IMG/VR virus record: IMGVR_UViG_3300025818_000017
DNA from: a virus
Strand: one strand, 5' to 3'
Length of the DNA stretch: 64,000 bases
The position numbers and the translations under genes were made by a program. The notes beneath the pieces are model-generated. The model was not told the origin of the DNA. It was given only the letters and a program-made list of their open reading frames with translations, and did not search any database. Below, piece by piece: positions 18,996-28,981 of the stretch (position 1 is the stretch's first letter; each line of letters opens with the position of its first letter).

Positions 18996-19408
18996 AGTGT
19001 TTATTGTTGAAGTAATGCGTGATGGTGTCGTTTCACGCGAAGGTGTGTATGCTTCGGTTGAAAAAGCCAACGCGGTACAGAAACGGCTTGAAGAATGCCG
19101 TGATGCATCTGGCGAACCGTTTTACGATTTCGTCTTCAACCAAGAGGCGATTGTAAACTGATGACTGATAAGCCAGAAATCTACCCGTATATTACGATTG
19201 AGCGGTCTTCTGTTGATCCCGAAGGATGGGGTGGCGATGTTCGTTATTACAAAACGATTGGCCACGCTCGTTCTGTAAAGGAAACGATTGAAGAAGCTTA
19301 CCGTGATTCGGATGGCGAAACCGTGGATATTCGTATCTACAAACTTGAAGAAATCACTTGACAATCCACCAAAATATGTTATACTGTATATAACAGTTGG
19401 AGAGATTT

Positions 19409-19852
19409 ATGACCGATACATTCCCCGTTCTTTACATCCTGATGCGTAATGACCTTGCCAGCATGAACGCTGGTAAGGCGATGGCACAGGCTTCCCACGC
19501 TTCTAACGCTTTTGTTGATCAAATGTCACAAGAAGAAGATAAGTTTGAAGGATATTCTACCAACCCTGACGACGATGCCGACTTGAAGCTGTTTTGGAAA
19601 TGGCGTACAGAGACTGAACAGGGTTTCGGCACTGTTTTGGTTCTGGCTGTGAACGAAGCACAGATGCGTACCGCAGTTGAAGTTGCTGGTGCGATGGGGT
19701 TTGTTTCTGGCGTTGTTCACGATCCAACCTACCCGTTGCGTGATGGCGACACGACACACTTCTTGCCGGTTGACACCTGTTCGTTCATCTTTGGCGACAA
19801 AAACGATCCAATGCTTGGCGCTGTTGTTGGCAACTTCCCACTGCATCCATAA
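19409..19852 (+). CDS. peptidyl-tRNA hydrolase type 2 (Pth2)
   Basis: YILMRNDL.MNAGKAMAQASHA, W...Q....VL, VHD, T. Confidence 0.85.
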   Translation: MTDTFPVLYILMRNDLASMNAGKAMAQASHASNAFVDQMSQEEDKFEGYSTNPDDDADLKLFWKWRTETEQGFGTVLVLAVNEAQMRTAVEVAGAMGFVSGVVHDPTYPLRDGDTTHFLPVDTCSFIFGDKNDPMLGAVVGNFPLHP

Positions 19853-19862
19853 GGATAGTATA

Positions 19863-20153
19863 ATGAAAAAGGCTGAACGATTAGCGCAAGCCAAGCGTGA
19901 GTTAGAAAAAACTCTCAAACGTGTTGGCTATACTGGTAAGGGCAAGACCTATCGTTCCCCTATCCCTTCGTACAAGGTTGAGGATAGAGGGTTGCCGCCT
20001 ACCAGTGATGTTATTTGTGCTATCAAATCAAGCACACAGTTAGCCAAAGAAGAACGCATTGAGCGTAGTAAGAAGTATACCGTAGCCCCCGCCTACAATA
20101 AGGGTGCTTACCAACTTCGTAGTAAATCTGATATAAAGGATATTGGACGATGA
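19863..20153 (+). CDS. T4-like conserved hypothetical protein
   Basis: APAYNKGAYQ motif. Confidence 0.6.
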   Translation: MKKAERLAQAKRELEKTLKRVGYTGKGKTYRSPIPSYKVEDRGLPPTSDVICAIKSSTQLAKEERIERSKKYTVAPAYNKGAYQLRSKSDIKDIGR

Positions 20154-20909
20154 AACGGTTTGATTGGTTTGATTTTGTTCTGTATTCTGTTGGGTTGATA
20201 GTAGTGCTGTTGGTTGGTGTTAACCCTGTCTTTAGGAAGGAAAGAAAGTGAATAACTGGACTCTTCATTATAAGCCAGGACCGTTCTCTGGTTCTTGGAC
20301 ATTGGCGGAACTACAACGATTTCCAGCAACAATGTCTTTACGTCATGCAATCGTTTATATGGACATTTATAGCAACTATCCAACTGATACGGTTATCTAT
20401 GCTGAAAATAAAAATGGTAAGCGTATCTATCCAAATAAGCTAACTAAAGCCCTATCAACCATTATCACAACTTTCGGAGGATAAAATGTTTAAGTTTCTA
20501 TTGGGTGTTATCGTGGGCGGTTTGTTCGTCTATAATGTAGATGTTGACCGTCTTATTCAGAACGTTGAGTTTGAGAAAAAGCAAGTAGAAATTTCTGTGC
20601 CCACTCTAAAATAACTAAATAAAGTTGCAGAGCAATCTGCTTCTTTATAAAGGAGAAACAAAATGGGAGTATTCCTAGTACTATCAATGCTGCTACTTGG
20701 TGGCGCTTCCTACGATCAGTGTGCAACAGACGAAATGTTCGCTGGTGATTGGGACGGCTACAAAGTAGCAATGGAAGACGGCAAGAGCCGTTGGAATCCA
20801 GACGAAGCCAAGCGTTGTAAGTAAGGCTTTATCGACATTCGATATAAGAAGAGGGGTGTTTTTATCCCCTCTTTTTTTATGCCTATAAATATCTTTTTGG
20901 AGTATCAAA

Positions 20910-21902
20910 ATGAAGATAGCAATCGTTGGATTCGGACGAATAGGCAAAGCAATAAAAAAGCGTTTAAATGAACACTATATTGAGGCTGACGCATATGATG
21001 TAGTGGAACAGCAATATAGCACTATTTTAAGCGATTTTTCGCAACTTGACGGATATGATACCATATGCTGTGCTACACCGCCGAAAACTAACCGTGAAAT
21101 TGCAACATATTGTGCCAAAAATAATAAGCATTATTTGGACTTATCGGAAGATGTTGAAACAACAGAATATCTAAAAACTTTACAAACATCCGCAAGTATT
21201 ATTCCGCAATGTGGTCTTGCTCCTGGTGCTGTGAATATCATTGCTCACAATCTTGCTTTACAGTTTGATACTGTTGATACAATCCAAATGCGTGTAGGTG
21301 CATTACCAAGATACCCAAACAACAATATGAAATATTATTTCAGTTGGAGTCCCGAAGGTGTTATCAATGAATATTGTAACTGGTGTGATGCCGTAGAGGG
21401 CGGTGAAGTATGTAAGATTCCACCATTGGCTGGATATGAAACACTTATCATTGATGGAACAGAATACGAAGCATTCAATACCAGCGGCGGATTAGGAACG
21501 CTACACGAAACGTGGGATGGTAAAGTTTATGATATGAACTACCGAACCATTCGTTATCCTGGTCATAGGCAACACATGAAGTTTCTTTTTGAAGATTTGA
21601 ATATGAGCAAATATCGTGAAGACTTTGTAAAGATATTCAAGCAAAGCGTCCCTACGACAAAAGATGACCAAGTTATCCTATATGTAAAGGTGATCGGTGA
21701 AAAGAAAGGTGTATTAGAAGAAAGCACATTTCAACGAACTTTCATAAGTAATCATCAAATGACTGCTATTGAATATACAACGGCATCTGGTATTTGTGCT
21801 TGGCTATGGGAACTAAAAAATAGAAAAGTAAAAACTGGATTTATTCGTCAGGAAGATTACCCATTTGCGACAGAACATAACCCATATTGGATATGGTCGT
21901 AA
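20910..21902 (+). CDS. saccharopine dehydrogenase family oxidoreductase
   Basis: GFGRIG Rossmann motif, CGLAPG, WSPEG..NEY, EAFNTSGG, YRTIRYPGH. Confidence 0.9.
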   Translation: MKIAIVGFGRIGKAIKKRLNEHYIEADAYDVVEQQYSTILSDFSQLDGYDTICCATPPKTNREIATYCAKNNKHYLDLSEDVETTEYLKTLQTSASIIPQCGLAPGAVNIIAHNLALQFDTVDTIQMRVGALPRYPNNNMKYYFSWSPEGVINEYCNWCDAVEGGEVCKIPPLAGYETLIIDGTEYEAFNTSGGLGTLHETWDGKVYDMNYRTIRYPGHRQHMKFLFEDLNMSKYREDFVKIFKQSVPTTKDDQVILYVKVIGEKKGVLEESTFQRTFISNHQMTAIEYTTASGICAWLWELKNRKVKTGFIRQEDYPFATEHNPYWIWS

Positions 21903-22685
21903 TAAACACCATAGAAGACCTATGCTGAAATCCTATTGGGGTTAGTATTGGAAGGTGAAGTATCTATTGAAGAAGCCAGAGAAATCCTATCAAAAATCGA
22001 GCGTGGTGAAACATCAGCACTTGACTCCATAGACGATCTTGTGGTAGAATATAGAGAAGAAGGAGGTACAGATGAAACAGACGCGAACCTTGGTAACGAA
22101 CCTTATGTGGGTAATGGCGACAATATTCGCAGTGTTGATGGTAACAGCGTTGATGACTTACAAACCAGCGGTGAAACCGAACAGCCAGTTCAGTCTGCCG
22201 CTGTGCAAGAAGATATTGGAACGCCAGAACAGTCCCAAGCGGATAGTCCAACGGTGCAAGGAACTACACAGGGAGTTATAGATGCTACAGCGAATATCAT
22301 ATCAACTACCACTACGGAACTTGATAATGAACAAACGCAAGTCGTTGAAGAGCTTTCGGACAATGGAACGGATGAAGGAAATACAACAGTTCGTCAAGAG
22401 TCTGGACAAGAAAATGACCAAACCGTACAAGACAACAACCAAACAACGCAGAATGAGGATGATGTAAATGAGCGTACTTCTACTAACACCAGTAATGACG
22501 CCGGCGATGCTAACGGACCAACTAATGAAACCAGCGACACATCTACAGGCATTACGCCAGAAGACACAGGCGATGATGGAAACACTGATGGTGGGGGCGA
22601 TGATGGAACTGACCCTAATAATGGCGATGATACTACCGACGATGATGTAGGCTCCATAGCGGATTTGTTCGTCAAGACGAGATAA
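21893..22685 (+). CDS. acidic low-complexity protein, apparently interrupted by a +1 frameshift near 21920
   Basis: long D/E/T/G-rich frame lacks a good start; skipping C21920 joins MVVINTIED to YAEILLGL... Confidence 0.45.
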
Positions 22686-22707
22686 ATATCTCAAAGGACA
22701 ACGCATT

Positions 22708-23133
22708 ATGGGTATATTCGGACGAGTAAAATCTTGGTTCAAAAAAGAAGAACCAAAAAACGCACAGGAATACTACGACAAGCATATTACTAAACCAGTA
22801 GATAATGATGCTATTGTACAACATATGCGTGAGCAACAAGCGGCGGCAGATGAATCCGCAGCAAGAGTATTTGATGCTATTCTAAACGAGCAGCAGACAT
22901 TTGAGTATCAGGCTAGGCATCGCACAGCAGAAGAAACAGAAGAAATCAAAGCACAGATACAAGAACGTCCACCACAAGAACCCCTACCCCAATCAAAACC
23001 AGTTGCTGAACCACGTATTCCGTTAAACCGTCAAACAAACATTCGTGCAAGAAAACTATTAGAACGAAGAAAAAATCTACGTGAGTTATCCAAAATCAGA
23101 CCAAACGGCACAGAAGTTGTACCAGACGCTTAA
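22708..23133 (+). CDS. hypothetical protein
   Basis: late promoter and AAGGA RBS. Confidence 0.65.
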   Translation: MGIFGRVKSWFKKEEPKNAQEYYDKHITKPVDNDAIVQHMREQQAAADESAARVFDAILNEQQTFEYQARHRTAEETEEIKAQIQERPPQEPLPQSKPVAEPRIPLNRQTNIRARKLLERRKNLRELSKIRPNGTEVVPDA

Positions 23134-23416
23134 TACTCAAAAGTTATTTTACCATCAACTACACATATAGAAGCCGGTTGTGGTACAAGTATGAAATCGT
23201 TTGGGTTTTTCTTTACTTGTTCTTTATATCTTTTCCAGTTATTTTCTGGGGAGAAATATTCTAACTTGTGTGATAGTTCGATGTCTTCCAGTGCGATCAC
23301 ATACACTTGTAACCACATTCAAAAACTTATCTACTACGGACATATTGCCCTCCTGGTATACATTGTGCTATAATAACACATAAATACTATAGGAGTTTAT
23401 AGGAGTCAATAACAAA

Positions 23417-26233
23417 ATGGAACCAATCGGAAAAGTAGATATTGCAGAAGGATCGGTAAAAGTCATTAGAACTGATGGCTCAACTGTGTCTTTAAACGAA
23501 GGTGACACAGTTGATTCGAATGATACAATCATTACAGATGAAAATTCCGGAACAACAATCGAGTTTGTAGATAAATCTACTCTTGTTGTAACTGAAAGTG
23601 GTAAAATCACATTAGACGAAATGGTATATGATCCTTCTACTCAAGAAGGAAATTTTGCCATTGATTTAGTGTCTGGTATTTTTGTATACGTCAGTGGCGA
23701 TATTGCTAAGACTGACCCTAACGCAATGACGCTGAATACACCTGTTGGGACGATTGGTATTCGTGGAACACAAGTTGGTGTAAAAATCTTCGAAGGCGAA
23801 ACAACATTTACACTAATGGCAGAAGCAGATGGAACAGTTGGTGAACTTGTCATTACAGATTTGTTTGGTAATGTGGTTGTATTGAATCAAGAAGGTCAAA
23901 CGGTAGAAGCAACTGCTGCGAACGGTCTTGGAGAAATTACAACATTATCTTTTGAAGAGATTGGTGAAATTTTTGATTTACCGTTAGAATATCTTTCAAG
24001 ATCAGGTTCTTATAATGGTAATCCGTATGACAATTTACCAGAAAGTAACCAAGATAATGGTAGCGACTTATCAGATTTTGGCACTGAAGCTGGTGGCGAA
24101 CAAGTTGGGTTTGAAGAAAGCGTAGGAAGACTTGCAGAGCCTTCGCTTGATGCTTCGCCGTTAGTTGGTGGTTCTACTTTAGTACAAACTGATCTTCCAA
24201 TTCCAACTTTTCCAACCCCATCAACACAAATTAATCAACCTATTCGTTCTCCACGTTCGGCGGCATTGCGAGATAATTTTGTCGAACCAGTCAATGAAGT
24301 TTCTAGGACAGTTGAAAATACAGTTGCGGTTTCTTCGCAAGAAATTTCAAAGACTGTTGCTACAAGTTTTGTAGATGACACCACAAAAACGAACAATTTA
24401 GAAAACAATATTACCAATGTTATAGTGACAAGAAACTATACAGACACGACTACTACTGAAACATTAGAGACTACCACAACAACTCCAGTTTATACCATCA
24501 CCTATTCGGATGGGTCTGTTGAAATTTTGCAAGGTGATCCGGTTATCACAACCGAAACGTTGAGTGACACTACTACACAAACACGTGAAGAAACTATTTT
24601 CACTGGAACAGAAGAACCCGTAATTGAAACAGCATACGACACACAGACAGAGACAGTAGTGGGTGACGAGGTGCTTGCGGCTTCTAATGATGTAGTGTCA
24701 ACAGAAACAACTGCTGATACCGAGAATAACCGAGACCGGATTGACACTACTACAACCACTACCAATGTTTATGAAACAACAACCACCGTAACTACTACAA
24801 CCACACCAGTTTACACAATCAAGTATTCTGATGGTACTGTTGAGATGGAATATGGTACACCAACTGAGACCTTTGAGACATCTATTGATCCCAGGGAAGA
24901 AGTTTTGGTGAATACCGAGACTACTTATGAAGAACCAGAAATTACGGTTGAGTATCAGACTGAAGTAACGGAAACCCGTGGTGAAGAAACTCTGTTATCA
25001 ACAATTTATGAAGATGATGTATCAAGAGAAAATGATTTAGAGAACAATCGTGAAGTAATTACCACTGACCGTCAATACACAGATACGTATAGCACATTAG
25101 TAACTACAACGACATCAATCACACCTGTTTATCTGATTACATACTTAGATGGCACAACTGAAATCGAGTATGGTGAAACCAAAATCAACGAACAAGAAAC
25201 AACTGAAACAAGAACTGATACAAGAACCGAGCAGACAGTACAATACGAATCGGCTCAAGTTACAACTAACTATGAAACACAGATAACAACCAGTATCATT
25301 TCAACAAATACAAACACGAGTTATATCGACGATACAAAAAAAGAAAATGATTTAGAGAATAACATTACGAACGTAGAGGTTACTCGAAACTACACAGATA
25401 CGATGATAGAAACCGTTTCTGAAAAAACTATCACAACACCAGTTTACACCATTTCATATTCAGATGGTACAACTGAAATCGAGTATGGCGAATCTACGAT
25501 TGAAGAAAATATCTACGATAAAGAGCCAGAAGAAACCACACGTTCAGAGATTATCTATACAGGGACAGAAGAGCCTATCATCATTACCACATACAATACA
25601 GTCACGGAAACAAATACCCTAGACCCCGTGCTTGTTGATAGCGAAGTTAGTTCAGAATTTGATACGGAAAAAGATGGTAGGAATAAACAAGATATAACAA
25701 CAGAAACAATTACGACAGTAGAAACATATAATACAGAAACAGTAACAACCACTACAGAAACACCAGTCTATACGATTGTATATTTCGATGGTACCACAGA
25801 AACAGAATTCGGTGAATCAAATAGTACATCTTCATCGGAGTTTGAAACGACTACTGAAACAACATATTCTACTGGCAGTGTTACATACGAAGATTGGACC
25901 GTTGGTACTGGCGCTAATAACGGTTTTGGTAATGGTGACCAAGATGCTCCTGGAAACAGTGAAGACAATAACAATGCAGAGAACAGTACAACGAGTGTAT
26001 CTGATTTTGTGATAGTGGAAGAAGATGAAAGTATCGATTTTTCAAATATCTTAGGTCCAGAACCAGATCCTGCAATCGAAGAGACAAAATCGAATAAAGG
26101 TAATGGTAAAGGTAAAGTAGAAGAAAATGTAGGAGAAAATGTAGGAGAAAATGTAGGAGAAATTTTAATTTTTTCCGGAGAAAATTATACCCCAACTGTA
26201 TCTGATGATGCAACATCATTAATGTTTTTATAA
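23417..26233 (+). CDS. FecR-domain protein with long Thr/Glu-rich repeats
   Basis: G.V.VIR.DG, F.D.STL, G.F..VSG.IAK, TP.GTIGIRGT; C-terminal NNGFGNGDQDAPGNS. Confidence 0.8.
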   Translation: MEPIGKVDIAEGSVKVIRTDGSTVSLNEGDTVDSNDTIITDENSGTTIEFVDKSTLVVTESGKITLDEMVYDPSTQEGNFAIDLVSGIFVYVSGDIAKTDPNAMTLNTPVGTIGIRGTQVGVKIFEGETTFTLMAEADGTVGELVITDLFGNVVVLNQEGQTVEATAANGLGEITTLSFEEIGEIFDLPLEYLSRSGSYNGNPYDNLPESNQDNGSDLSDFGTEAGGEQVGFEESVGRLAEPSLDASPLVGGSTLVQTDLPIPTFPTPSTQINQPIRSPRSAALRDNFVEPVNEVSRTVENTVAVSSQEISKTVATSFVDDTTKTNNLENNITNVIVTRNYTDTTTTETLETTTTTPVYTITYSDGSVEILQGDPVITTETLSDTTTQTREETIFTGTEEPVIETAYDTQTETVVGDEVLAASNDVVSTETTADTENNRDRIDTTTTTTNVYETTTTVTTTTTPVYTIKYSDGTVEMEYGTPTETFETSIDPREEVLVNTETTYEEPEITVEYQTEVTETRGEETLLSTIYEDDVSRENDLENNREVITTDRQYTDTYSTLVTTTTSITPVYLITYLDGTTEIEYGETKINEQETTETRTDTRTEQTVQYESAQVTTNYETQITTSIISTNTNTSYIDDTKKENDLENNITNVEVTRNYTDTMIETVSEKTITTPVYTISYSDGTTEIEYGESTIEENIYDKEPEETTRSEIIYTGTEEPIIITTYNTVTETNTLDPVLVDSEVSSEFDTEKDGRNKQDITTETITTVETYNTETVTTTTETPVYTIVYFDGTTETEFGESNSTSSSEFETTTETTYSTGSVTYEDWTVGTGANNGFGNGDQDAPGNSEDNNNAENSTTSVSDFVIVEEDESIDFSNILGPEPDPAIEETKSNKGNGKGKVEENVGENVGENVGEILIFSGENYTPTVSDDATSLMFL
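24482..25813 (+). repeat. five ~106-aa degenerate repeats (TPVYxIxYxDGxxExxxG)
   Basis: copies start at 24482, 24803, 25121, 25436, 25760. Confidence 0.9.
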
Positions 26234-26568
26234 CATCATTAGAATACACATAAAAAATGAGGGGCTAACCATGACCCCTCGCGCACTTATTAAGTAGTGA
26301 CCCTCAGTATTTATTAGTCTTTCTTGTTAACAAATTCTTGAAGGCGTTCAGCCTGTTCAACAATTTCTTCATGTGTGAACATTGTTCGTCTTTGGATTAG
26401 AACAAGGTGGAGACATTGTTGATACTTGGCTGGAGTCCGAAGGTTTCTCGGAAGATGCCCCAACGAATAACCAAGGACAGGGTTGGGTTATGGGAGAAGG
26501 CAAAGAGCCTGAAGAAAAACCTGAAGAAGTTCTAAGGTGGGATGACGGTGGTCAAGGATACCAACAGA

Positions 26569-27825
26569 CTAATCCTGATGATCTGGATAATAATCAGAAC
26601 TATGATTGGTAGGGCCGAAGATTTTTTCTGACTTCTCGTAAACGTCTCTACAGTTTTCCACTAATTCTTCCAGAACAATATCTTCTAACTTTTCAAAGAA
26701 TATCTTGCGATTATGCTCAAGTACAGGTTTCATGTCTTCGTAGATTCCGTGAAGTTGAGATATAGAATATGAACACAATGTTCGTATTTCTTTCGCAATC
26801 ATATCAAGACGCACATTATGATCAGGTTCTTCATCGTAGCTTTCATCGATCCATTGATCGAAGGTTCTGAACCCGTATCTCTTTAAGAATGCCAATGACC
26901 CCGGCGCCGAAGCAAGAATAAATGGGCGCTGGCATACGATAGGTTTGAATATTTTTTCGGTAAGATGTACGAAATTTTCATAGTAAACTGTTTCGTTAAC
27001 TACGTGAAGGAAAGATTGGCCCATTGTGTGCCAGTCGATTTCGTAGCTAGTGTTTGGTATAACATCAAACTCATTCTTATCAAATCGAAGAGGTAACACA
27101 TCTAGTATATTCTCTTTAATATGAACGCGCTGCGGATAGGTAAGAAAACAGTATCTTTCTGATAGTATTTCGTGAATAGTGTTTTCGCTGTCGGGGCATT
27201 TAAATGAACAGGACACTTGTCCTTGGTCTAATAAATCGTACTCTGCCAACTTGCTAGTGATATACAGTCTGTAGGATCGTTTTTTATCTATGATGCGAGA
27301 CATTGAGTTGAACTTATAAGAAAAGGTATCGAATGGTTCGTAATGCATATACTGCCTATACCATTGGTATGCCAAATATCCTTGGAAGAAAAAGAAGACG
27401 ATATTAAAGTTATCATATTCTTTCGCTACTGCGGCTATCAAGTCTTTATTTTCAAAATCAGACACGAGTGCATTCAAGGATACTTTGTACGCGATTGTGT
27501 CCATTGGTTTTTTGTGAATAGCATACAAGTCTGGATGAATGGCGTTTAATACAGCGTAGGTGTCATTATACAGGCAGTTAGGCTCATTCGCCGCGAATAT
27601 AAATCTTTCACGATGAGTGTGATTTTCTAATATTTTATTTTTTTTACTAGCGGGGCTTAACTCCGATAAGTACGATAAATGCGACGGGTAACTTTTCATC
27701 TTTGTGTCGTTATACGGTATACCTGGGTCTGGATAATGATACATACCATCTTGGTTAGTGAACCCATTTTTATATAGATATTCCATAACGCCTATGGTAT
27801 AATTGGTTACGTCATTGTAAGACAT
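26569..27825 (-). CDS. glycosyltransferase-like protein (start may be downstream of 27825)
   Basis: VVNET, LTEKIFKP, PFI, GSL..L..YGFRTF...IDESYD motif. Confidence 0.55.
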   Translation of the reverse strand: MSYNDVTNYTIGVMEYLYKNGFTNQDGMYHYPDPGIPYNDTKMKSYPSHLSYLSELSPASKKNKILENHTHRERFIFAANEPNCLYNDTYAVLNAIHPDLYAIHKKPMDTIAYKVSLNALVSDFENKDLIAAVAKEYDNFNIVFFFFQGYLAYQWYRQYMHYEPFDTFSYKFNSMSRIIDKKRSYRLYITSKLAEYDLLDQGQVSCSFKCPDSENTIHEILSERYCFLTYPQRVHIKENILDVLPLRFDKNEFDVIPNTSYEIDWHTMGQSFLHVVNETVYYENFVHLTEKIFKPIVCQRPFILASAPGSLAFLKRYGFRTFDQWIDESYDEEPDHNVRLDMIAKEIRTLCSYSISQLHGIYEDMKPVLEHNRKIFFEKLEDIVLEELVENCRDVYEKSEKIFGPTNHSSDYYPDHQD

Positions 27826-27838
27826 AAAGGAGACTCCA

Positions 27839-28927
27839 TTGAGAATTGCGTTTATCGGTGTTGGGAAACTTGGACTTCCCTGTGCGGAAGAGATTGCTAA
27901 AAAAGGTCATACTGTTACTGGTTATGATATTTCTGGTTTTGAATCAGGACTTGTAGAAAAGAAAGATTCTATCAAAGACCTCATTCATTATGGTTATCAA
28001 GATGATAACTGCCCAGACATTGTATTTATTGCTGTTCCAACACCGCACGAAAAAGAATATGACGGACGTTACCCGACGGCGCATTTAGAACCAAAAGACT
28101 TTGACTATTCTATCGTAAAAGAAGTTCTAACCGAAGTAGAAAGATATGCCAACAATACGACACTGGTTGTATTGATTTCAACCGTTCTGCCCGGCACAGT
28201 TCGTAGAGAGTTTATTGATCTGATGCCACGAATGAAACATCGTTTCGTCTATAATCCATATCTTATTGCTATGGGTACTGTGGGTTGGGATATGATCAAT
28301 CCAGAAATGGTAATGATTGGTACAAAGGACGGTGATGAAACCACTGACGCAAAAGAACTGATCGACTTCTATAAGACGATTATGGAAAATGATCCACGCT
28401 ATATCGTTGGTACTTGGGACGAATGTGAATGTATCAAAATCTTCTATAATACATTCATTTCAACGAAAGTGTCGCTGGTGAACATGATTCAAGATGTTGC
28501 TGAACGACAAGGTAATATTGACGTTGATGTGGTTACAAAAGCCTTGGCGGATTCGACGCATCGCATTATGTCTCCTATGTATATGAAGGCTGGTATGGGC
28601 GATGGTGGAGCTTGTGTAAAACCTGATTTCAAAGTCACTGTAAATGATGAAGTAGTATCAATAAGCGATCTTTATGAAAAGTTTGATGAAAACGAATACT
28701 ATATTGTTGATTCTATGAACTGGTCAGGAACCAATACGGACCAAAAGAAAATAGCAGAAGTAACTAAACGAGAATATACGGGAAAACTATACACATTTAC
28801 TACAAGTAGCGGAAAGAGTATATCCGTAACAGAAGATCATCTTATCCCCATTGAGCGAGACAGAAAACGAATCATTATACCAGCAAAAGAAGTAAAAAAC
28901 ACAGATAAAATGTTTGTTTTTGGGTGA
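27839..28927 (+). CDS. ugd: UDP-glucose/GDP-mannose dehydrogenase N-terminal fragment fused to N-intein
   Basis: GVGKLG, IAVPTP, STV.PG, E.IK.F.N; ends GMGDGGA|CVKPD...TEDH...FG*. Confidence 0.95.
   Translation: MRIAFIGVGKLGLPCAEEIAKKGHTVTGYDISGFESGLVEKKDSIKDLIHYGYQDDNCPDIVFIAVPTPHEKEYDGRYPTAHLEPKDFDYSIVKEVLTEVERYANNTTLVVLISTVLPGTVRREFIDLMPRMKHRFVYNPYLIAMGTVGWDMINPEMVMIGTKDGDETTDAKELIDFYKTIMENDPRYIVGTWDECECIKIFYNTFISTKVSLVNMIQDVAERQGNIDVDVVTKALADSTHRIMSPMYMKAGMGDGGACVKPDFKVTVNDEVVSISDLYEKFDENEYYIVDSMNWSGTNTDQKKIAEVTKREYTGKLYTFTTSSGKSISVTEDHLIPIERDRKRIIIPAKEVKNTDKMFVFG
28613..28924 (+). mobile_element. split intein N-half (104 aa)
   Basis: block A Cys1 (CVKPDF), block B SVTEDH, then tandem stops TGA TAG. 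Confidence 0.92.
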
Positions 28928-28942
28928 TAGCGGGGCTTGTTA

Positions 28943-28979
28943 TGTATTTTTTGTATAAATACTTTATACAGGAGATACA
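28943..28979 (+). promoter_or_regulatory. 17-bp hairpin containing late promoter TATAAATA and sequestering the GGAG RBS
   Basis: 28943-28959 pairs with 28963-28979 (3 G:U pairs). Confidence 0.85.
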
Positions 28980-28981
28980 AA

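Noticed and set aside
22072-22650. Three in-frame Met-rich ORFs (22072, 22282, 22468), the first with a GGAGGT RBS and TM-like stretch, suggesting an embedded spanin
   Set aside because: Their ATGs arise from GAT-G runs of the overlapping acidic frame, third positions are G/C-rich unlike this genome, and there is no lipobox. They are best read as shadow ORFs.
24482-26158. Regular repeats that might be a CRISPR array
   Set aside because: They are degenerate coding repeats within one ORF, with no identical repeat and unique spacer pattern. I found no CRISPR array.
26382-26612. Acidic 76-aa plus-strand ORF
   Set aside because: Codon use looks plausible, but there is no RBS or ATG and its tail overlaps a convergent gene, so I left it uncalled.
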